From contig JBGQKD010000011.1 of the NCBI GenBank assembly GCA_041499375.1, forward strand, positions 30,214-94,213: a stretch of DNA of 64,000 nucleotides, read 5' to 3'. The first letter of the stretch is position 1, and every line of letters starts with the position of its first letter. The notes beneath the pieces are model-generated. The model searched no databases, was not told the origin of the DNA, and saw only the letters and a program-made list of their open reading frames with translations. Below are positions 52,980-62,225 of the stretch, one piece after another. Position numbers and translations under genes: made by a program. Source of the stretch: Gemmatimonadota bacterium. GTDB taxonomy: Bacteria > Gemmatimonadota > Gemmatimonadetes > Gemmatimonadales > GWC2-71-9.

Positions 52980-54658
52980 GCGCTTCCCCCTCCCGGTCCG
53001 AGGTCGCGCAGCGCCCGGTTCACGGCGTTACGCACCAGCGCTTCCTTGTCCTGCGAGACTTTCTGGAGCACGTCGCGCGCCTTCTGGGTGCGGATCTTCC
53101 CGAGCGCCATCGCGGCGCAGGCGCGCGTCTCGGGATCTTCCTTCCGCGCGAGCAGCCCGCCTTTCGGCACGAGCAGCTTCTCGAGCGTCGCGATCCCGGA
53201 CTCCCCCGCCAGCGCTCCGTACGCCTCGAAGAACGACATCTTTTCCGTGAGGTCGGCGTCCTTGAGCTTGTTGCCCGTGACCGCGGCCTCGATGCGCGGG
53301 AACGCATTCCGGTGGCCACGCTGGCCGAGGAACTTGACGGCCGTGATGCGCACATCGCGCTCCTCGTCGTCGATCGCTTTCTCGAGGAGCCGCGTCGCGC
53401 TCGGGCTGCCGATGGTCGTCAACGCCTCGACGACGGCCAGCTTCAGGTCTCGCTCGCCGCGCTCCAGCAGCGGGCCCATGCCGTCAGGAGCGCCGGGCAG
53501 CTTGAGCCGGCCCGCGAGTTTGACCATCTCGAGTTGGACGGCGGGGTCCTCGCTGGCGAGGGCCTTGAGCACTTCGGCGGAGTGCGTCTGCGCCAAGCGC
53601 TCGGCCGAGGATTGCACGAGGAATTTCACGCGCTCGTTGGTGAGCTTGGGGAGCCATCCCATCAGGGTGCCGAGGGCTTCGGCGCGCAGCTCGCTGAACA
53701 GCTCGCTCAGCTCTTCTTCGGTGGGATGGCTCGTGGCTTCATCGAGCGACTGGAGCAGCTGCGACAACGCGTCGGTCTGTGACAGCCGGGTCGGCAGTGC
53801 CTCCAGCACCTGGCGATGCTCCGGGATGAGCTCGCGGGCGCGCTGCAGAATCATCTTGCATTCACGCAGGATGAAGGCGACCGAACGGAAGTCTCCTGCC
53901 CCCAGCAGATACGGGATGAAGTTTTCGATGATGGAGATCAGCTCGGCCCGGACCGTCCCGTAGGTCTGCAGCTCCAGGAGGTCGAACAGCATCGCGAGCA
54001 CGTTGCCGCGCAGGTCCTGGCTGTATTCCCGCTCGACCTCTTTATGGAGGTACTCGATCTCCTTGTCGTCCAGGAAATAGAGCGTCGTGTCGAAGTCGTC
54101 GATCGACACAAGCCCTTCGCGCTTGGGCGGCGCTTCTTCTTCGACCTGCCGGCGCACCGTCGTCGGATCGGCCGAGCCGGCGTCGCCACCGGGCGTGCCA
54201 CCGCCACCGCCGATCGTCGGCGCGCCCTTTTCGGAGCGCTCGATCGGAACGGCGTTCTCGCTGGCGAGCTCGCGGAAGGTGTAGGTGACGAACTGAAAGT
54301 CTTCGGCCCAGAGCAGGGTGAGGAGATCGTCGGCGGCGTCGGCTTGCAGGTTCTTCGCCTGCTGCAGCACGGCGAGGAAGCGCACGATCTCCGCATCCTC
54401 GACGCCCGGCTTGAACGCGAGCGAGCGAACGCCGTCCTTGTACAGGGTCCAGGCGATACTATCGTTGCGCTGGTCCTGGCTGTAGACGACGTGATCCTCC
54501 CACCGCATCTCGATTTCGCCGATGTCGAAGATCAGATCGTCGGTGGCTTGCCAGATCTGGCGGAACGCGTTGCGGATGTTGTCGACGGCGCGCTGATAGA
54601 CCGGATTGTTGGGGAGGTAGAGCTGCGTCGCCCGCATCCCCTTGCTGACGACCTGCAT
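52976..54658 (-). CDS. HEAT-repeat protein (560 aa) with an N-terminal domain related to that of the adjacent HD-GYP protein
   Basis: The C-terminal third shows HEAT/PBS-lyase-type repeats (DPAVQLEMVKLAG, DLKLAVVEALTTIG, DVRITAVKFLG, ETRACAAMALGKI, ALVRNAVNRAL). There is a Gly-rich linker. Confidence 0.65.
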   Translation of the reverse strand: MQVVSKGMRATQLYLPNNPVYQRAVDNIRNAFRQIWQATDDLIFDIGEIEMRWEDHVVYSQDQRNDSIAWTLYKDGVRSLAFKPGVEDAEIVRFLAVLQQAKNLQADAADDLLTLLWAEDFQFVTYTFRELASENAVPIERSEKGAPTIGGGGGTPGGDAGSADPTTVRRQVEEEAPPKREGLVSIDDFDTTLYFLDDKEIEYLHKEVEREYSQDLRGNVLAMLFDLLELQTYGTVRAELISIIENFIPYLLGAGDFRSVAFILRECKMILQRARELIPEHRQVLEALPTRLSQTDALSQLLQSLDEATSHPTEEELSELFSELRAEALGTLMGWLPKLTNERVKFLVQSSAERLAQTHSAEVLKALASEDPAVQLEMVKLAGRLKLPGAPDGMGPLLERGERDLKLAVVEALTTIGSPSATRLLEKAIDDEERDVRITAVKFLGQRGHRNAFPRIEAAVTGNKLKDADLTEKMSFFEAYGALAGESGIATLEKLLVPKGGLLARKEDPETRACAAMALGKIRTQKARDVLQKVSQDKEALVRNAVNRALRDLGPGGGSA

Positions 54659-54717
54659 CAGCTCCTCGACCTGGGACGGCGGGAGCGCCAGCTCGGGGAT
54701 CTGGGCCTGCGGATTCG

Positions 54718-55896
54718 TCAGAGCGCTGCTCCCGTAAGCTCGGCAACCATGGCGACGTCCTTGTCACCACGGCCACTCAAGTTGATCAGGATGAGTTCGT
54801 GCGAGGCTGGCTTCGTCTTCATCACCCAGGCGATGGCGTGGGCGCTCTCCAGAGCCGGAAGAATGCCTTCCAGTCGCGACAGGGCGGCGAAGGCGTCCAG
54901 AGCGTCCTCGTCTGTCACGGCTTCATACAATACTCGGGCCCTGTCTTTCAGGTAAGCATGCTCCGGGCCGACGCCGGGATAGTCGAGCCCCGCCGAAACG
55001 CTATGGGCCGGCTGGACTTGTCCGTCCGCGTCCTGGAGCAAGTAGCTCATGCTTCCATGGAAGACACCCGGCCGGCCGGCGCCCAGAGTCGCGGCATGCT
55101 TTCCGCCCGCTATCCCCTTCCCGGCCGCCTCGACTCCGACCAATTGCACGGATTGGTCCTCGAGGAACGCAGTGAAGATCCCCATCGCGTTCGACCCGCC
55201 ACCCACGCAGGCCACCACGATGCTCGGCAGGCGACCGACCTGCTCGAGCATCTGCGCCCGCGCCTCCCGCCCGATCACCGATTGGAAATCGCGCACCAGC
55301 CGCGGAAATGGGTCGGGCCCGACGACCGAGCCGATGATGTAGTGCGTCGAGGTGACGTTTGTGACCCAATCGCGCAACGCCTCGTTGGTGGCGTCCTTCA
55401 GCGTACGCGTGCCGGATGTGACCGGCACGACCTTCGCGCCCATCAGCTCCATGCGGTACACGTTGAGCCGTTGCCGCCGCATGTCCTCTTCACCCATGTA
55501 GACCACGCAATCGAGACCAAAGCGCGCGCAGACCGTTGCGGTCGCGACGCCGTGCTGTCCCGCACCCGTCTCCGCGATGATGCGCCGCTTGTTCATGCGC
55601 AGCGCGAGCAGGACCTGGCCGAGCGTGTTGTTGATCTTGTGGGCGCCGGTGTGGTTCAAGTCCTCGCGCTTCAGCAGGACCTGCGCCCCAATCTGGGCGG
55701 ACAGCCGCGGAACCGCGGTGATCGGCGTCGGGCGTCCGACGTAGTTCTTGAGCAGCCCCTCGAGCTCCGCCCAGAATCGCGGGTCCTTGCGAGCCGCCTC
55801 GTACACGCTGGTAAGCTCCTCGAGTGCATGCATCAGCGTCTCGGGGACGTAGCGGCCACCGTAGGGGCCGAATCTGCCTGTCTCGGTTACGGTCAT
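54718..55896 (-). CDS. trpB: tryptophan synthase beta chain
   Basis: Motifs [22 protein letters not shown] and GGGSNA are present. Confidence 0.97.
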   Translation of the reverse strand: MTVTETGRFGPYGGRYVPETLMHALEELTSVYEAARKDPRFWAELEGLLKNYVGRPTPITAVPRLSAQIGAQVLLKREDLNHTGAHKINNTLGQVLLALRMNKRRIIAETGAGQHGVATATVCARFGLDCVVYMGEEDMRRQRLNVYRMELMGAKVVPVTSGTRTLKDATNEALRDWVTNVTSTHYIIGSVVGPDPFPRLVRDFQSVIGREARAQMLEQVGRLPSIVVACVGGGSNAMGIFTAFLEDQSVQLVGVEAAGKGIAGGKHAATLGAGRPGVFHGSMSYLLQDADGQVQPAHSVSAGLDYPGVGPEHAYLKDRARVLYEAVTDEDALDAFAALSRLEGILPALESAHAIAWVMKTKPASHELILINLSGRGDKDVAMVAELTGAAL

Positions 55897-56699
55897 CGAG
55901 CTCGATTCCGTCGCTTCACTCCAGTCAGCGCGTTAACCGCCTTCTCCGGGTTCGCCTGCCGCGCCACACTCGTTCCCACGAGTATGAAGTCTGCGCCGGC
56001 TGCCGCCAGACGTTCGACGTCCGCCCGCGTCTCCACGCCGCTTTCGGCGACGACCGGGATCTCTGGCGGCACGCGGCCGAGGAGCGCCTCGGCCGCGCGC
56101 AGATCCACGACGAACGTGTCGAGGTCGCGCGCGTTCACGCCGAGCACGCCGGGCCCGGCGGCGAGCGCCGCATCCAGCTCCGGTGCGGCATGTACCTCGA
56201 TCAGCGGCACCATACCCCAGCTCCGGACGGTTTTAGCGAGCGCCTGAAGGCGCCGACCGTCCAGCACGCGAGCGATGAGCAGGACGGCGCTCGCTCCCGC
56301 CGCTCGCGCTTCATGAATCTGGATCACGTCGAGCACGAAGTCCTTGCGAAGCACCGGCGCCGGAACGGCTGCGGCGACGCTCCTGAGGTCGTCAATCGAT
56401 CCTCCAAAGTGTACCTCGTCGGTAAGCACCGAAATTGCGACGGCACCGCCGCGCACGTACGCTCGCGCGTGCGCGACCGGGTCGAGATCCTCACGAATGG
56501 CGCCCTGGGATGGAGATCGCCGCTTCACCTCGGCGATCACTCCGACGGTCGGCGCGGGCGCACCCGGAAACGGCCTGATCGGCGGCCCCTTTTGGGCGGC
56601 TCGCTCGAGCTCGCCGGCTCTTGCCTTAAGAGCCGCGACGCGCGTCCGGGCTACCGCCAGAATAGCGTCGAGTGAGGCACGGCGTGGGTTATCAGACAT
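55893..56699 (-). CDS. trpC: indole-3-glycerol-phosphate synthase
   Basis: Motifs [17 protein letters not shown] and LIEVH are present. It has a 4-nt overlap with trpB. Confidence 0.93.
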   Translation of the reverse strand: MSDNPRRASLDAILAVARTRVAALKARAGELERAAQKGPPIRPFPGAPAPTVGVIAEVKRRSPSQGAIREDLDPVAHARAYVRGGAVAISVLTDEVHFGGSIDDLRSVAAAVPAPVLRKDFVLDVIQIHEARAAGASAVLLIARVLDGRRLQALAKTVRSWGMVPLIEVHAAPELDAALAAGPGVLGVNARDLDTFVVDLRAAEALLGRVPPEIPVVAESGVETRADVERLAAAGADFILVGTSVARQANPEKAVNALTGVKRRNRAR

Positions 56700-56705
56700 C
56701 CTTGC

Positions 56706-56750
56706 GTTCGGGCGTTATTCGGGTAGATTATGTTTCGGTATATCTTCGGG
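56706..56750. promoter_or_regulatory. four NTTCGG(G/T) direct repeats as two 11-bp-spaced pairs; candidate LexA operator(s)
   Basis: The first pair is GTTCGGG (56706) and ATTCGGG (56717). The second pair is TTTCGGT (56733) and CTTCGGG (56744). Each pair reads NTTC-N7-NTTC. The repeats lie in the 58-bp trpC/lexA divergent spacer. Confidence 0.3.
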
Positions 56751-56757
56751 AGCTACT

Positions 56758-57366
56758 ATGCCGGTCACGCGACGCCAGCGCGAGATCCTGGACTTCATCG
56801 GGAAGCACATCGAAGAGAAGGGGTACGCCCCCAGCTTCGAGGAAATCGCCCGCCAGTTTGGCTTCCAATCGCTCGCGACGGTTCACGAGCACCTCACCAA
56901 TCTCGAGCGCAAAGGGTACATCCGGCGCACTCATAACGAGAGCCGGGCGATCGAAGTCGTCCCCCCCAAGGGCCAAACCGGCGCCACCGAGCTGCCGTTG
57001 CTCGGACTTGTCGCCGCCGGTGCTCCGATCGAAGCGATCACAGGTGACGAGACGATCGCGGTGCCGGACGAGCTCCTGCCGCGCCGCGGACGCAGCTACG
57101 TCCTGAAGGTGCGCGGCGACTCGATGATCGACGAGCACATCAAGGACGGCGACTACGTCGTCGTTCAGGAACGCAACCAGGCCGACGCCGGCCAGACCGT
57201 GATTGCGCTCGTCCATGGTGAAGGGGCGACGGTCAAACGCTTCTACCGCGAGCCCGGCGGGTGGATCAGGCTGCAGCCGGCCAACGACAAGATGCAACCG
57301 CTGCGGCTCAACGAGCGCGACGTCATCGTCCAGGGCGTGGTGGTCGGCGTCATCAGGAAATACTAG
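56758..57366 (+). CDS. lexA: SOS repressor LexA
   Basis: It has a wHTH N-terminus (LTRRQ-like RRQREILDFI), the cleavage site VAAGAP, Ser in VRGDSM and Lys in TVKRF. The ATG is at aa 139 of the track ORF. Confidence 0.95.
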   Translation: MPVTRRQREILDFIGKHIEEKGYAPSFEEIARQFGFQSLATVHEHLTNLERKGYIRRTHNESRAIEVVPPKGQTGATELPLLGLVAAGAPIEAITGDETIAVPDELLPRRGRSYVLKVRGDSMIDEHIKDGDYVVVQERNQADAGQTVIALVHGEGATVKRFYREPGGWIRLQPANDKMQPLRLNERDVIVQGVVVGVIRKY

Positions 57367-58384
57367 CCGTCGCTTTGCGCAGCCGATCGAGCGCGGCCCG
57401 CGCCGCGCCCGACGCGACGACTTCGCGCGCCCGCCCGATGCCTTCGGCGAGCGAGCCGGCAATTCCCGCCACGTAGATCGCCGCACCCGCGTTGAGCAGT
57501 ACCGCCGCCAGCCCTGACGGGTCGGCGGATCCGTTCCCCAGAATCCGTTCCACCCGCTCGGCGTTGGCCGCCGGCTCCCCGCCCTGCAGCTCCGCCACGT
57601 CTTTGATGCCGAGCCGGAAACGTTCGGGATCGATCTGCCACGTTCGCACCACGCCATCCTTCACTTCCCAGACATCCGTCACGCCGTGCGGTGAGATCTC
57701 ATCCATTCCCACGCGGCCGTGCACGACGAGTGCATGCTCGGCGCCCAGCCGCACGAGCGCTTCCGCGACGATCGCGGCCCGATCGGGATCAGCGACGCCT
57801 ACCACCTGGCGGCGCACACTCGCCGGATTTGCGAGCGGGCCGACGAGGTTCATGAGGGTCGGGGTCCCGAGCTCGCGCCGAATGCCGCCCACGTGCTTCA
57901 TCGCGGGATGAAAGTTCGGTGCGAACAGGAAGACGACACGAGCCTCGTTCAACACGCGACTCGCGGTCGCCGCATCCAGGACGATGCGCAAGCCGAGGGC
58001 CTCCAACACGTCTGCGGATCCGCAGCGCGACGTGAAGGACCGATTCCCGTGCTTCGGGACGGCGGCACCTGCCCCGGCCGCGACGAACGCGGCGACGGTC
58101 GAGATGTTGAAGGTTGGTACCGTGCCGCCTCCGGTGCCGCAGGTGTCGACGAGATGCTCATGCGTGGCGTCGACGCGGACCATCGCATCCCGGAGGGCGC
58201 GTACAGCGCCAGCGAGCTCATCCGCCGTCTCGCCTTTCGCCCGCAGCCCCATGAGGAGCCCGCCGATCTGCGCGGGAGTCGCCTCGCCGCTCATGACGAC
58301 GCCGAACACCTCGGCGGTCTGATCTTCGGAGAGCGATTGGCGGTCGGCGAGCGCGGTCAGCGCGCGGCGCAACGGGGAGTCCAT
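57353..58384 (-). CDS. trpD: anthranilate phosphoribosyltransferase
   Basis: Motifs VDTCGTGGGTVPTFNIST and KHGNRS are present. Confidence 0.95.
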   Translation of the reverse strand: MDSPLRRALTALADRQSLSEDQTAEVFGVVMSGEATPAQIGGLLMGLRAKGETADELAGAVRALRDAMVRVDATHEHLVDTCGTGGGTVPTFNISTVAAFVAAGAGAAVPKHGNRSFTSRCGSADVLEALGLRIVLDAATASRVLNEARVVFLFAPNFHPAMKHVGGIRRELGTPTLMNLVGPLANPASVRRQVVGVADPDRAAIVAEALVRLGAEHALVVHGRVGMDEISPHGVTDVWEVKDGVVRTWQIDPERFRLGIKDVAELQGGEPAANAERVERILGNGSADPSGLAAVLLNAGAAIYVAGIAGSLAEGIGRAREVVASGAARAALDRLRKATASIS

Positions 58385-58405
58385 GGAGGATTAAGGCTAT
58401 CACCC

Positions 58406-58422
58406 TTGTCAAATAGTGACAA
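58406..58422. promoter_or_regulatory. perfect palindrome TTGTCA-N5-TGACAA between trpD and truA
   Basis: The arms lie at 58406-58411 and 58417-58422. The minus-strand reading contains TTGACA. Confidence 0.3.
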
Positions 58423-59240
58423 CGAGTTGCATCTTTCCCCGCGTGACGAGCCGCCCCCCCCGCCCCTACCTCGCGGTGGTTCAATACGACGGGGGCGGGT
58501 TCGCAGGGTGGCAGCGGCAGCCCGTCGATCGCACGGTCCAGGCTGAATTCGAGGCGGTACTCGAGCGGTTGATGGGGCGTCGGACGCCGGCGACCGGGGC
58601 AGGACGCACCGATACGGGCGTCCACGCGCTCGGGCAGGGAGTCAGTTTTCTGGGCGCCGAGCGCTGGGCCGGAGATCCGAGCGAGCTGCGACGCGCACTC
58701 AATGCGCTGCTGCCGCGCGAGATTTGGGTTCAGCGGGTGCACCTGATGCGACCCGGATTCGACGCACGGCGCTCCGCAGCAGCGCGGCGGTACCGGTATC
58801 TGATCGGTACCGATGAAGGTGCGGCGTCGCCGTTCCGCAGGCCGTACGAATGGGCCCTGGGTCGAGCGCTCGATGCCAACGCGTTGGAGAGCGCCGCCGG
58901 GGGCCTGATTGGCGAGCACGACTTTCGTGGCCTGGCCGCGGCCGGCGCGAACACTGCCCACTACCGATGCCGCGTGGCGCTTGCGCAATGGGCGCCGCGT
59001 GCGGACGGAGTGGGGATGGCGTTCACGGTCGAGGCCGATCGATTCCTGCATCACATGGTGCGCTTTATCGTCGGCACCATGGTCGACATCGCGCTCGGCC
59101 GGCGCCCGCCGGCAGATTTCCCCCGTTTGCTTGCTGCGACCGACAACCTGGCGGCTAGTCCGCCTGCCCCGCCCCAGGGTCTGTACCTGGAAGCGGTGCG
59201 TTATCCACCTGACCTCTACGCCGAGGAGTCTACGTCATGA
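58416..59240 (+). CDS. truA: tRNA pseudouridine(38-40) synthase
   Basis: Motifs VQYDGGGFAGWQRQ and GRTDTGVHALGQ are present. The start is GTG at 58416 or GTG at 58443. Confidence 0.9.
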   Translation: MTTSCIFPRVTSRPPRPYLAVVQYDGGGFAGWQRQPVDRTVQAEFEAVLERLMGRRTPATGAGRTDTGVHALGQGVSFLGAERWAGDPSELRRALNALLPREIWVQRVHLMRPGFDARRSAAARRYRYLIGTDEGAASPFRRPYEWALGRALDANALESAAGGLIGEHDFRGLAAAGANTAHYRCRVALAQWAPRADGVGMAFTVEADRFLHHMVRFIVGTMVDIALGRRPPADFPRLLAATDNLAASPPAPPQGLYLEAVRYPPDLYAEESTS

Positions 59241-59905
59241 AGTTTTTCCTCGACACGGCGAGCCTCAAAGACATCAGCTGGGCCGCGCAGGCGGGGCTGA
59301 TCGACGGCATCACGACCAATCCGTCCCTGCTGTCCAAGCAGGCGGGCGATCTCGATCCGCGCGACGTGCTGAAGGAGATCTGCTCACTGGTCGAGGGGCC
59401 CGTGTCGGCCGAAGTGGTCACCGTCGATGCCGATGCCATGGTGAAGGAAGGAAAAGAGCTGGCGAAGATCGCCGAAAACATCGTCGTGAAGATCCCGATG
59501 CTCGAGTCCGGCATGGTGGCCGTGCGCCGGCTCACCGCCGAGGGAATCCGGACCAACGTCACGCTCTGCTTCTCGAGCATCCAATGCCTGATCGCCGCCA
59601 AAGCGGGCGCGTCGTACGTGAGTCCGTTCATTGGGCGGCTGGATGACGTCGGACAGGAAGGGATGGAAGTCATCCGTGAAGCGCGGGTCATCTTCGACAA
59701 CTACAACATCGAAACGGAGATCCTGGCCGCGTCGATGCGCCACCCTCGTCACGTGATCGACGCGGCGATGATCGGGGCTGACGTCGCGACGCTGCCGCCC
59801 GACGTCCTCAAGAAGCTGCTGCTGCATCCGCTCACCGACCGCGGCCTCGATCAGTTCCTCGCCGACTGGAGCAAGCTGGTCGCGCGGGCCAAGGCCGCGG
59901 TTTGA
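59237..59905 (+). CDS. transaldolase type 3B / fructose-6-phosphate aldolase
   Basis: Motifs MKFFLDTA, GITTNPSL, VVKIP and SPFIGR are present. Confidence 0.9.
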   Translation: MKFFLDTASLKDISWAAQAGLIDGITTNPSLLSKQAGDLDPRDVLKEICSLVEGPVSAEVVTVDADAMVKEGKELAKIAENIVVKIPMLESGMVAVRRLTAEGIRTNVTLCFSSIQCLIAAKAGASYVSPFIGRLDDVGQEGMEVIREARVIFDNYNIETEILAASMRHPRHVIDAAMIGADVATLPPDVLKKLLLHPLTDRGLDQFLADWSKLVARAKAAV

Positions 59906-61314
59906 GCTGGACCTCGCCCCTCGGCACACGGTACGCCTCTCCCACGATGCAGGCGCTCTGGGGCGAGCGCCGGCGCATCGGCCTGTGGCGCCGGTTGTGG
60001 CTGGCGCTCATGCAAGGACAAAAAGAGCTGGGCCTCGCGATTCCTGACGCCGCGCTGGCGCAGCTGCGCGCGCATCTCGACGATGCGGATCTCGAAAAGG
60101 CCGCCGAGTACGAGCGGCGGCTGCGCCACGACGTGATGGCCCACATCCATCACCTCGGCGATCAGGCTCCCGCGGCGCGGCCGTTCATCCACTTGGGTGC
60201 GACGAGCGCGTACGTCACCGACAACGCCGACCTCGTGTTGATGCGCGAGGCGATGCAGCTCCTGCTGGGGCGGATCGGCGCGGTGCTCGTGGCAATGGGG
60301 AAGGTCGCGCGCCGCTATCGCGCGCTTCCCTGCCTCGCCTACACGCACTTCCAGCCCGCGCAGCTCACCACGGTCGGCAAGCGGATGACGATGTGGATGC
60401 AGGATTTCGCACTGGACGCCGAAGAATTGCTCCATCGCACGCGGGGCTTACCCTTCCGCGGCGTGAAAGGCACGACCGGAACCCAGGCAAGCTTCCTGGA
60501 GCTGTTCGACGGCGATCACGCCAAAGTCGCCGAGCTCGATAGCCGCGTGTCGCGCGCGATGGGGTTCGAGCACGTCCTCCCTATCACCGGCCAGACCTAC
60601 ACGCGCAAGCTCGACGCTCAGGTCATGGCGGTCCTGTCGGGGATCGCCCAATCGGCAGCGAAGTTTGCGACCGACTTGCGACTGTTGCAGCACGAGGGCG
60701 AGTTGCTCGAGCCGTTCGAGAGCGAGCAGGTCGGGTCGTCCGCCATGCCGTACAAGCGTAATCCGATGCGTGCCGAGCGCATGACGGGTCTGGCGCGCTT
60801 CGTGATCGAGCTGGAGGGCAACGCCTGGCACACCGCCGCGTCGCAATGGCTGGAGCGGACGCTCGACGACAGCGCGAACCGCCGGCTCGTGATCCCCGAG
60901 GCGTTCCTCGCGACCGATGCGATTCTCGTTCTCGCCACGAACGTCGCGGCGGGCCTCGAAGTCCGCGAAGACACGATCGCCCAGCACGTCGCCCAGGCGA
61001 TGCCGTTCCTCGCGACCGAACGCCTGTTGATGCGCGGCGTGAAGGCCGGCGGTGACCGCCAGCAGCTCCATGAAGTGATCCGCACTCACAGTCTCAAAGG
61101 GACTGACCAGCTGCTCGACCACCTCGCCCGCGCTCCCGAGTTCAAGCGTCTCGGCGTGCGCACGACGCCGGAGGAGCTCGATGCCGCGGCGTACGTCGGC
61201 CGCGCGCCGCAGCAGGTCGATGAATTCCTTGACCGGGTGCTTCCCGATTTGATGCGTTCTATTCAGGCGGTGGCGCCCCCCCCCCCAGCTGCCGCAGCGG
61301 AGGTTCAGGTATGA
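59902..61314 (+). CDS. purB: adenylosuccinate lyase
   Basis: The signature [11 protein letters not shown] is present, and the N-terminus carries YASPTM. Confidence 0.95.
   Translation: MSWTSPLGTRYASPTMQALWGERRRIGLWRRLWLALMQGQKELGLAIPDAALAQLRAHLDDADLEKAAEYERRLRHDVMAHIHHLGDQAPAARPFIHLGATSAYVTDNADLVLMREAMQLLLGRIGAVLVAMGKVARRYRALPCLAYTHFQPAQLTTVGKRMTMWMQDFALDAEELLHRTRGLPFRGVKGTTGTQASFLELFDGDHAKVAELDSRVSRAMGFEHVLPITGQTYTRKLDAQVMAVLSGIAQSAAKFATDLRLLQHEGELLEPFESEQVGSSAMPYKRNPMRAERMTGLARFVIELEGNAWHTAASQWLERTLDDSANRRLVIPEAFLATDAILVLATNVAAGLEVREDTIAQHVAQAMPFLATERLLMRGVKAGGDRQQLHEVIRTHSLKGTDQLLDHLARAPEFKRLGVRTTPEELDAAAYVGRAPQQVDEFLDRVLPDLMRSIQAVAPPPPAAAAEVQV
61276..61286. repeat. C11 homopolymer near the purB 3' end
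   Basis: There are 11 consecutive C. They encode the PPPP in ...[15 protein letters not shown]. Confidence 0.95.
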
Positions 61315-62225
61315 CCGGAGTGCTGGTGCAAAGCAAACTGCCGCTCCCGCTGCTTCGCCGCGGCAAGGTTCGCGACGTCTACGAGGTCGACGACCGCACG
61401 TTGCTGCTCGTGGCCAGCGATCGCGTCAGCGCGTTCGACGTCGTCATGAAAGAGGCGGTCCCGTACAAGGGCGCGGTGCTCACGCAAATGAGCGCCTTCT
61501 GGTTCGAGCGCCTGAAATCCGTGATGCCGCACCACCTGCTTACCGCCGACGTCGATGAAATAGTCAGGCGCGTCCCCGTGTTGACCGCGCACCGCGAAGA
61601 GCTGTATGGGCGCGGGATGCTGACGCGCCGCGCCACCACCGTGCCATTCGAGTGCGTCGTCCGCGGGTACATCTCGGGCTCCGCCTGGGCTGAGTACCAG
61701 CAGTCCGGCACGCTGGCCGGCGAGCCGCTGCCCCAGGGGCTCGTCGAAAGCGCCCAGCTCGACCCCCCCATCTTCTCACCCGCGACGAAGGCCGAGCAGG
61801 GACACGACGAGAACGTCACGTTCGATCACGTCGTGAACGGCCTCGGCCGACTCACGGCGGAGCGGTTACGCAGCGCCAGTCTCGCGCTGTATGAGGCAGG
61901 CCGTGATTATGCGGCGAAGCGCGGGATCATCATCGCCGATACGAAATTCGAATTCGGTGTGACGTCCGACGGCGAGCTGATCGTCATCGATGAGATCCTG
62001 ACGCCCGACTCGTCGCGCTTCTGGCCGGCGGACCGCTATCAAGCTGGCCGGAGCCAGCCGAGCTTCGATAAACAGCCGTTGCGTGACTACCTGGCCGATC
62101 TGAAGAAGCAGGGACAGTGGAATGGCGAGGCTCCGCCTCCGCCGCTGCCGGCCGAAGTTGTGAACGCGACCAGCGAGCGCTATCGCGATGCCTACCGACG
62201 CATCACCGGAACAGAGCTGGAGTGA
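61311..62225 (+). CDS. purC: phosphoribosylaminoimidazole-succinocarboxamide synthase
   Basis: Motifs [15 protein letters not shown] and ADTKFEFG are present. Confidence 0.95.
   Translation: MTGVLVQSKLPLPLLRRGKVRDVYEVDDRTLLLVASDRVSAFDVVMKEAVPYKGAVLTQMSAFWFERLKSVMPHHLLTADVDEIVRRVPVLTAHREELYGRGMLTRRATTVPFECVVRGYISGSAWAEYQQSGTLAGEPLPQGLVESAQLDPPIFSPATKAEQGHDENVTFDHVVNGLGRLTAERLRSASLALYEAGRDYAAKRGIIIADTKFEFGVTSDGELIVIDEILTPDSSRFWPADRYQAGRSQPSFDKQPLRDYLADLKKQGQWNGEAPPPPLPAEVVNATSERYRDAYRRITGTELE

Noticed and set aside
58385-58415. I looked for a tryptophan leader peptide or attenuator upstream of trpD or trpC.
   Set aside because: The spacers are 31 nt and 58 nt. There is no small ORF with tandem Trp codons and no alternative terminator/antiterminator hairpins.
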